DNA of 64,000 nucleotides from Catajapyx aquilonaris. Lineage: Eukaryota. Below the pieces are notes generated by a model that searched no databases, was not told where the DNA came from, and was given only the letters and a program-made list of their open reading frames with translations. The DNA is taken from assembly GCA_000934665.2 (NCBI GenBank), contig KZ538294.1, forward strand, positions 1-64,000, written 5' to 3'. Position numbers and translations under genes: made by a program. Shown one piece after another: positions 54,035 to 64,000 of the stretch; within the stretch, counting starts at the first letter, position 1, and each line of letters starts with the position of its first letter.

Positions 54035-54610
54035 CAGGGTGATCCAATTGTTCGATTCAGTTAACAACGTTGTGGCATTATAGTTACTGTTAGTGATTGT
54101 GAAAAGTATTAGCTGCTAATACTATTTGTTAGTCGGGCCGAATGGGGCAGGGAACAATATTTAAATATTCAAAAATATTTTAATGATTTCAATCCAATTA
54201 AAGCATCCTTAATAGGGTTTGGGTACGTCATGTTACGGTTACAATAAGAAGAGACAATTTTGTACATTTAAATACAAGGTGTACCAAGTATAATATCAGT
54301 TTCATAACGATTTCATCGGCCCTAACCAACTTATTTAAAAGAAGTTACTTTTACATTATTTCTTTTAGTTAATTTAGTAGATATACCAGCTGCCAATGTG
54401 AGGTTTTCTACCATTTACTCTATCATAGCCTAAGTAATGGGGTTATACAAGTATTATCATTGATATTCGATGCCAATTATTAAAATCGGAAATTAAAAGC
54501 TATGATAGATGATTCAGTTCTGCCTACCAGCTAATAACTGCTTAAAAACAATGTATCACAATGCCCCCAAAAATGCCATATGAAATGAAAAATTCAACAG
54601 GACCACCCTG
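54035..54610. mobile_element. Old mariner-type element
   Basis: TA|CAGGGTGATCC ... GGACCACCCTG|TA, with an internal TACAAGGTGTACCAA repeat of the left end near 54273. Confidence 0.5.
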
Positions 54611-57600
54611 TATTCCTCAACCATCATGACAAATGTGATCAACATTTCTTTCTCCAGACACAAGTTTCCCTCCAGAGAATTCCATTCACATTGTAGCTAG
54701 AACTTGGGTAACTTTTTACGACCCTCGGACCCCTACAATTTTTGTCTATACCCCTGATGATGACTGGAATGCTTTGAATCCGAGCAAATGAGTATGACCG
54801 TTGGTTTGGGGAGAGGACAAGTTGGCCCTTTCCCCGTCAATCCAACCCTTAATATCTATACTTCCAGTCAAGGGCTAGTGGGGGCGCTCAGGGGGGTGGG
54901 GGGTGTCGAGGGGGGGCCCGAATCAAATGCCCTACACTCTTTGAACACCCCCCCCCCCCTTACCCTAAATAATCCCCCCCGTTTCTTTTCAAACGGACTA
55001 AGGCCCGAATCATGTTTAGTTTTATTCGGGAATATTTAAAAAATTGTGCAAATTTGGAACTAATGACGGCAATCAAGTCCAATTACTGTGGCCGGGGACC
55101 ATGTTCAATGGCAGAGGAAATAGCAGCAGCAGTGGCGGGGAAGAGACTTTGGGGGCTCCCTTGGTGACACGGAATAGTAGGAATCCGGGGCTCGGAAAGA
55201 GAAGCAGCAGCACACTGACTGCAATAAAGCAGCTCGGTGGATATCTTCTGGGGTCTTCTGCATCAGTATTTATCCGGGGGTGGATGTCCGGAACATTTCG
55301 GGTGAGCCCAGGATGACTGTCAGGCAGGTGAATTACCGCTCACTTATTTTCAAACATGTGTCTCATGTGTTATGGTAGCGATTGCTGGTAGTGGTAGTTG
55401 TATTGTTGTAGAGTTGTGAGAAACAATATGGCGACGGATGAGGGTCAGAAGCGCCAAATAGTTCAGTGTAAAGCCGGTGATGTCTCTCCTACAACTGACT
55501 CCAGATGGGGTAAATTGCAACAGTGGGGGTAACGGCTGATAATATGAACTATGGTGTTAAAGTTGTGGGCATAACACATTATTGCACATTGCTGCAAAAA
55601 TTGCCGCGCATATTTTGGCGCATGTCCGAAGAGTTTATTACAGGGAGAAGGTCCCAAATAAGGAATATTATCCATTTCCACTATTACGATGTGGCAGTAA
55701 GCCATTCAATTCCTATATATACTATATTATCACAAAGTATGTTTCCAGGTGTCACTGAATAGGAACTGGCGCATACACTGTACATACCGTATATATGAAT
55801 AACATGGGGGCTATTTTTGAAGTGCCTCTTTAGAAGATGCCGTGTCTAGAAAACCTCCAATTTGATCCTAAATATTTATGCAATAAGAATACGTTCAGGT
55901 ATGCGAATTTGGACAGCGTTTGCTTGATACCCTTATGCCTGATAATAAATAATAAATCAAGGTGTTACTGTATGCTGTTTATGCACCTGGAGTTGGGTGC
56001 AAATAATATTTTTCCTATACGAACACGGAATTTTTTAAATGGACTCTTATCACAAATGCACATAATATTCAAGCGGACCTAATCGAATGATTAGAATCAG
56101 TATGTTGGTGTGCCTTTTCGAGTCCACATAGTTTAGGCATGATCATTTTTGACGCCTGAGAGCAAACCTGTGTACACAAATAAACTGCGATCGAGTCAGT
56201 TGGAGCTTTAGGTACACAAGATGGGAATCAGACAGATTTACTCAGATGGCAACTTAGATGGGGTTAGAATTATTTACCGGAGTCGAATGTCCCCCCCCCC
56301 CCNGCACACAAATTCCTGGCTTGATAGAACTGTTTTGGTTCTTGCCATGTTTGTGTACACAAGCCTAGTTATAGGGAGCTTACCGTAGTCCACATCGGAA
56401 TAATAGTGTAATTATAGAGGGGTAGGTATAGGCCTAATGCATTTTGCTTGTACCTGATTTATGCCATTGTGTGTACCTAGATTTGGCACAGACAGTTTTT
56501 GGCACGATTGCCTTCACTTGAGGCTAGTACTTCTTGGAATTGCCATGTGGATAGGGCTGGGCAATAATAATTATCTGTTTATTACTAGTGAAGCTGGGGC
56601 AACAATTAAGAGGTGGGGGGCTGGGTTAGGGGGAGGGAGGGGGAATGTCAAGAAAAGTTTACGGTGCAGGTCATTGTTCATATATCGCGGCAAGAAACAC
56701 AAAGTTAGGTGGTGCTGATAAGAAACACGGCAACAGTGCAAATAAAGTCATATCCTATGAATGGTGCATGCACAGTGTTGGTAAGAAATGGGTCAAGTAT
56801 GCTATAAGGTCTCTTATAGTCATACTGCATTTGCATGTTTCATTAAAGGACAATATTCATGACTATGTACTGTATATATGGAGACAATTTTTTTTTGATC
56901 ATTTGAAGCAAATAGGTATAGTGCGCCTACGCAGCAGGCACTCTTGATTTCCAGTACTGATTACCAGCCCTTTATATTGATTGAGACCGAAGTGGCACTG
57001 AAATACTATTGATTGGCGTCACAAACCTGCCAGAAATTTAGCTCAGATATGACTCAACCCACATTTTTGGTCCAAAATTGTTCAGATTTATGACTTACAT
57101 GGGTGTTGGCCCCTACCCCCCCCAAAAAAAACCCACGATTTGTCGTTGTATTTGACTGCTGGCAATGGCAACTATGTTAGGGGGTTTTTCTATTGGCACT
57201 TCGACCCGCGACTTGTGTCGGCGGTATAGAAAGGTTCGTGCCACTCGGGTGTGAGTGTGGTGAATAATTCATGCCGGATTTGACACGCAGGAGTCGCCAC
57301 AACCTCTTCCTCGATTCACCGCATGCAGGGGAAGCCCCGATGTGTCCATCCACTTCCGACCCCAGCCAACAAAATAGCTGCGATCGAAAATGACCGAGCA
57401 GGTACCCCGTGACACAATTTGGTCATCCGGAACGATTAGGTTTACCGTAGTCACATATCGGTTGGAGCAATGACCACTGACGGCCGACTAATTGCAAGAT
57501 TGTGAATTTCCCGAATGTGGATATAATCCATTATCCAGTAGAAAATTCCATGATGACGATCGACAGCCCAACCACAATTACCACTTAATTGGGGGCACAA

Positions 57601-58659
57601 AATGCAAACAATTCTGTCGGGCAGTCATTCATGGCGGAGCGGCACCCCGCATGCATGCATGCATGCATGCACAACTTGTGCTTAATGCATATGTTCCTCT
57701 CGTTCCCTCTACGTGCTGCATTGCTTTCAGTTAATTAGGCCTACTAGTGAATGATCCTGGCTAGTGATGGGAAGGGGGGCGAATCATTTTTTTTTATATA
57801 GTTGGCGACCATTAAAACCTATCGAATGCGAAACAATCGCGGGAGCATGCGGAAAAGTCGTGGTTCATAGGTGCAAAAGAGCGGTTAAAATGTTCCGCAT
57901 AATAGCAGCTTTTGGTGGATGTTAAAAAGACTGTTGGGGACATTGACATGGTAGGATGTCACAATTTTTTTTTAGAGATGCGATTCACATATTTCTGATG
58001 TAGGTATACTTTATGGAATGAGTTTTGATTATATCGAAGCTGCTTATTATTCGGGACTTTTAAAATATTAGCTGCGCATATTAATTTAGACTATTTCAGG
58101 AATGATCTTATATGAAGTTCGCAGCAGAACAGACCCACCTGCAGTAGTTTCTAATATTTTCATAACCTATAAAATAGCTGTTTAAAAGTAACTGCTTAGA
58201 AAATTCATAACCACTGGAACACATCCCATGCGACATTTTTAGCATGTGAAAAAACTGTTCCGTCAAAGATCGCTATTTGACCCCATATCACAAGCGACAT
58301 GGATTTAATTATGATGGCCAATTAAAGGGTTAAAGTTAGCTACGTAATTGTCCATTACCAATTTGAAAAGTTCATATTTAAGCTTTGAACACAACTTTAC
58401 TGTGGAAACCAGCCGCATGCATGCGCATGATAGTCTGAGTGATAAAACCAGACACCCCCATCCCCCATCCCCAGTCTACTGAGTGGTATGAGTCGTAAAT
58501 TAGTCTATGAACCAGTTAAGTCTTTCACACGGCTCATTATCACGAGTACTGCACATACCCTTTACTCCTTTGTGTCAGTCACAATATGTAGCTATGTGTG
58601 GATGCCCCTACAATGGTATGTTCTCTAAGAACTATATTATTTAAAAACCAAATACTGTC

Positions 58660-58789
58660 TAGCCTCCTGAGACCCGGAGTACAGTATACTGTACCTTTGT
58701 TTTTGGTTTTTTACGCGCTTGAGTTAGTCAGAAGGTGCTGGAAAAAAAACAAAGGTACAGTATACTGTACCAGGGGTCTCAGGAGGCTA
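58660..58789. mobile_element. TAG...CTA-ended hairpin MITE (Academ-like termini)
   Basis: TAGCCTCCTGAGACCC..GTACAGTATACTGTACCTTTGTTTTT ... AAAAACAAAGGTACAGTATACTGTAC..GGGTCTCAGGAGGCTA. Flanks GTC/GTA. Superfamily assignment is tentative. Confidence 0.7.
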
Positions 58790-61003
58790 GTATATATCCA
58801 TAAGAAGTGTAGTAGCTACTCCATAGCAAATCCATATCCCCTATTGGTGAAGTTCCGTGCCATTTGATATGTGACTAGCCTGCCACATAAATCATCGGCA
58901 AAGAGATGAGATTGTCGCAACGGATTCATTTAGCGGTAAGAAGCGACCATGATATCAATTTGTTTCAACGAGGCTGCAGCCAGTTAGGGCTCCTCGTGCT
59001 GCATGCCGGTCCTCATGCACCGCAAGCGCCATTTGCTCAATTGAGTTACACGCTACGTGCATTTGCTGGCACTCGATACAACCTTGGAAACACTGCATCC
59101 AATTGTCGCCATGATTGCCCCACCCTGTACATACGTTATAAACCCCACCCAAGTTACTCTATACACAATGGGATGAAACTTCTCACTATCTTTGTCCTAT
59201 ACTATATTTCGAAACCAATCACTGCTGGATTGAACCATCAGATAGGACCCATTTTGACCCTCATTTTATGCTCACTTTAGTCCGTTTTCGATAGCAAAGT
59301 ATTGTCTGTTATATTGCTCCGGTGCATGCTGAGGAACGGACGTGAGTTTGCATTGGCAGTGTTGACAGTGTGACATGTCACGCACACGACCAAGTGGCAA
59401 AAACTCGACAAATCAGCGTTCTCTGTTCAAACCAACCAGGACTTGGTGATTGGGGCAGAGGGCAGGCACGTTGCCGCTTTGTGCGCCTCCAGACGGCAGG
59501 TCTTAATGTTATTTTAATGATGAATCTTCTGAGATGCTCAATTGTAGACGTATGTAAGCCCGGGTCAAAAGAGCTTATTTGTTGCATTGTTACATACCGG
59601 CAAAGTCGTTTCGAGTCGGGCCCATTTTCTGCGAACTTCATGCCGGTTATGACTTTCGGATGGCAGTGGCCTGTAATTACTCCTGCTAATTGCATGCCTT
59701 CTCTCGAAGACTTCTTTTCTATTACGCCATGATTGAAGAGCTGCGTCGACGGGCTTTCATCATTACCGTCAAGGACTCCAAAGGGTGTCAAAATTCTTTA
59801 GTTTCTCCCCCAAGCTTCGCTCTTATTCGACTCTCTTGACTCCCAATTAATACATGGGGAGGCTGTTGGAGCATTATAAATGGTACATCCCAACAATACA
59901 AAGCAAAAAAAATAATATTTCTTCGGCCAGTCGATTTTTGATGCGTTTCACACCTCTGAGTCTTATAAATTGCGTCAAATCATAGTGATTGGGTACGATG
60001 GCTCCATGTAGCGTGAATATCACTCGGTCTGTCTTGGAAGTGTGAAAAATAAGAGATTCCACGCTTTATGACCTGAAGGTGCACTAGATATTTAGCAGCA
60101 CGATGTAAACATTCGCGTGCGTTACTTTTTTTCCCCCCATTGTTTACATTGGCTGATGTGAATACCGCGGGGCCTCATTACTTTAGCGTGCATCATGTCG
60201 GATTGGCGACATGGAGACAGTGGGATGACGTCTTTATATATACTTATGAATCGTTTCAATTAGAGTGTGCACGCTCTTACGTGCAGGAGGAGTATATTGA
60301 TCTGCCAATTGGCTATTAAACGATGGTGTATAACGAGAGTAGTTGGTAGAATATGGCTAGCTTGTAAAATGGTGTTATTGTGTATTGGACGATGGTATAA
60401 TGACTGTTATACCGATGCGGCGTAACTTTTTAGAGGGTGAGATTACAAGACACGGTTATTCGATTGGGAGTTTAGCATGAACTTGTAGTCCACGCTATAG
60501 TTTCCAGTCTGACATGATATTTCCACGCGTAATGTGAAAATAAGTGCGATCATTGCCCCTATAATAAAATATGATTTTCTCACTGGTGTTCGAGTGGGTT
60601 TTCTCGGATCCATCTGTTTTCCAATATGTCCTCTTTCCATGTTTCATGACTTCAGTTAGAGGCGCAAAATGGCTTTTGGGCCTTCAGAATGATTACGTCA
60701 TTCTCTTCCACGCAATGGAAGAAGGGGGTGGAGAAGATTCCCAACCTACAGTACCTGGTGGTTCACATGAAATGTAGCAAGTTATATAAAATAAAGTTCG
60801 ACAGCAGTCTATCCCCACGTCATGTGCCTGTGGTACCGCTTGCGTAGTTTGAATTATGTAAGGTTTATATCAATATGGAGCCAGTGAAACCCAAATTTTG
60901 AGTAACAGATAAGAGCTAACTGCCGGCAGTTTTAGTTAGTTGCAAAAGTAGAAGCGTTTTGGCCAGTTAAAAGTTTCATGCTGTAGATATAATATCGTAA
61001 TTA

Positions 61004-61303
61004 ACCGAAGCAGTTTGGAGTAGGGGATATGGTGTCCGACTGCTAATCGGGAGGTCCTGGGATCAAATCCCGGGGCCGGCAACTCTGACCGTGGTTTTCT
61101 GTGGTTTCCCACGGTCCTTCCAGGAAAATTCCGGAGTTGCTTCCGTAATTAACAGGCCACAGCCGCTTCCTTCTGTCCCTATCATATCCCAAAAAGCGCA
61201 GTAAAATGAAAGCAAGGAGTTCCAGGCAAAACAAAAACTTCCCCCCTAAAGAGCCGATAGGCTGATAACAGGGTATGAATTATTTTATATTATTTTATTA
61301 TTT
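61004..61303 (+). mobile_element. tRNA-derived SINE (subfamily D), second copy
   Basis: Near-identical to 43735-44019. 14-bp TSD TAATATCGTAATTA at 60990-61003 and 61304-61317. Confidence 0.92.
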
Positions 61304-63457
61304 TAATATCGTAATTATGCTATTGAAATACATGCAACATGATTGTAGCAGAGTATAATAAACGAGTCACACTTTAAGCTTGCATTACGTCAGCCATGAA
61401 CTTGTGCAATATATCTGGAATCCGCTTAAAATAATTCTACACGTAGTTTTTCGCTTTTTCCAGTATTTTGAGTATACATTTTATAACGTCTACATCTTAC
61501 TCGGGACGTCAGCATAATATTTCAGCCTATGTCAGGAGAGCATGTTGTATGTAATCAACAGCACGAGGCATATGTAACGTATACATGAGGTAAAAAAAAA
61601 TCAATTCTCACGTTATTTTGTTCATTTTTCTTTTTTTTCCCAGGTTACACTAGAATCAAGATTGCGAATATTCTCACCGCTTTGTTTTCTACTCATCCTG
61701 CATGTGCCTAAAAATTACTTCCACTTATTTTTGGGACTATTCCTTGAACTATAGCAGAGTGTTGCGTTTGTAGCATATTCTTGCTAGAAGTTGTATTTTA
61801 AGTCGTGGCCTATAACTCTGGTACCCTTGCTGATGCCTGAGAAAAAAAAGATGTATAGGCGTGCATCCGGAGAAAAGACACGAAATGTTACTACGATATA
61901 GTGGTCGTGTATACGGTGCCGAATATATAGTTTCGTGAGAATGTGCAATGGGAATAGGCTTTTTAGATAGCGTGTGCTAATATATATAAAAAAGTGGAGG
62001 TTAAAAAAAATTGTTTCAGGAGTTTTCCGAAATCACTCCCGAGACTACCGCCGTTCCAAATGTCACTCACACCATAAGTCAGGTTTTAAATACGTGCCAC
62101 ACACCGGGAAACGGTCCCGAGGGTAACGTAAGGTACAATTTCAACCATGTTGAAGCACTCACGGGTTTGATTAATATAGACTTATGCCGAGGGAACGACT
62201 GTTCGACACGACATATCGTACCGACTCGGGGACCAAAAATCTATTTTGAACCATCTTGGGGCCACCCCAAATATTGATTAATTGGGCCTAGGAGGGGGAT
62301 ACAACGACTGTTGAAGTCGATGTTGAGTTATATGAACCAGAATATAGTCAGTTGACTACCTAGAAAATTTGATGTGTATGGTCACACGACTCATGCAAAC
62401 AGGGTGCTAACAATCATCGGGAGTCCCACTGCTAGTTGCTGCTAAGTTAGCAGTACTAAGCAGCAGTGGGACAAAAATTCCACCCAATAGTGGTCGAATG
62501 AGCCTGAGCAGATGGGGTGGTCAGTCAGGTAGGGAGAAATTAGACGCCATTTCGCATGTGTGTCGACCATCAAAGCAGGCTCCAAGGGAGCCAAATCCAT
62601 CAATCATCTAGCCACTCGCTGACGACAGGAATCAATTAATAATCAGACGTCCGACGTAAGCGATGACATCCCCTAGTAGAAATTTGCAGCAGTACAGAAC
62701 ATGCGTGGACGCTGATTAATAATATGTGAATTCCAATAGTGAACGTGGAGTCGTCAGCGGCAGGTACGAAAATCCTAATCATCAATCCCAATCCCGATCG
62801 GTTTTATCAAGTTGGCCGATCACTTGGGACAAAATAATGATTTCGCCCCCCCTCTACCATCACCACCTACCCCCCCCCCCCTTCTACAATCCGGAGTCTG
62901 CCGCCGTGCAAGGGGACGTACGGCAATCTAAATTACAGTGTGGTGCTAAGGCTTCTTTAGCATAATGGGTAAATATAGGGTTGATACCCAGGAGGAGCCC
63001 AGCCGAAGCTGGACTTTGCGTGCTTTGGGTGATCGACTTGGTGTGTGAACCCCGTTGGGTATATGCATCGTTACTATTTTTTCGCTCTAGGCACATAAAC
63101 GGTCGATATTGCTAATTTGGTGCGGGATATTTTGTTGAAAATGGGGATAGGTAGGAGGGGCATTTTTATAAAAATGTGGGGTTGATGTAGTTTGCGTTAT
63201 ACAGTCAGGTTAGCGTATGTGGAGTGTCTACACAGGTGACGTGTAGCGTGCATGCCGGTATGGCTTTTGTTGGCGGGTTTTCATTCGGTGGCGATTATAA
63301 ATTATTAGAACACTAATGTTCCGACTTGAGAGACGGAAGAATGTCTCATTATTTTGATGTCCCGTGTCTTGGGAACGGGATATTTTATGGGACGTATATG
63401 TATTTTAAAAAATCACTGGTATAACTTATGGCTATTCAGGTGAACGGTATCATATAC

Positions 63458-63618
63458 CAAACCGCCCGATGCACATTCGCCCGCCGCCAACTCGCCCGCC
63501 GCCAACTCGCCCGACGACAACTCGCCCGACGACAACTCGCCCGACGACAACTCGCCCGACGACAACTCGCCCGACGACAACTTGCCCGACGTAGGCTATA
63601 TACATATTCACCCGATGC
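63458..63618. repeat. 15-bp tandem minisatellite CAACTCGCCCGACGA (9 units plus 1 displaced unit)
   Basis: Units start at 63458, 63473, 63488, 63503, 63518, 63533, 63548, 63563 and 63578. A degenerate tenth unit lies at 63604-63618. Confidence 0.92.
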
Positions 63619-64000
63619 AAACGTTGATCTCGATAGGTTCAGCCAAATGTTATCGCACTGGCCATTTTTCCATCAGATATATACATAAGTGGCCACGACA
63701 TTTGGTCGACATCAGTCATATAATAAAATTCTTCCAAATATACAAATTGCATCGCTCTATTTCTGTTTTAATAATTAGGCCGTAATTGTTGGGGGCATGT
63801 GAGCATTGTATGCAGGTACGTGGTTCAATCAATTGTTGGGATAATTTTCGTTATTTTAAAGCCTATTATAGGCTACTTAAGTAAAATAGTGTACTCCGTA
63901 GCTCACTCGAATGTGACACGAGGCGTGTGAGTGCACTGCGCGCGTGCATTAAATGGTAGGCTACTCGGATCATTAAATTATTGATTGATTGATTTAATTA

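Noticed and set aside
63428..63688. ORF with (RRQLA)n repeats
   Set aside because: It is the translation of the 15-bp minisatellite. No gene context.

Overview
Eukaryotic non-coding DNA, most likely from an invertebrate; an arthropod origin is inferred only from the SINE types. No protein-coding gene, true tRNA, rRNA or CRISPR array could be supported, and the ORF track looks spurious. The window reads as a large intron or gene desert: AT-rich background, GC-rich islands with regulatory-looking motifs, many poly-G/C runs (where most Ns fall), and many short mobile elements. These include tRNA-derived SINEs with clear target-site duplications (TSDs), one SINE nested in another, and non-autonomous DNA transposons (MITEs) of Tc1/mariner, hAT, CACTA-like and Academ-like type. 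The most striking unexplained signal is an excess of TA-bounded words (TAGGCCTA, TACCGGTA, TAGGCTA, TACCGTA, TACAGTA, TACATGTA). They stack end to end and interrupt other repeats, which fits a record of repeated cut-and-paste transposon excision footprints. A second notable signal is a 3' hairpin shared by the SINE tails, conserved in structure but not in sequence. All counts and coordinates were read by eye.
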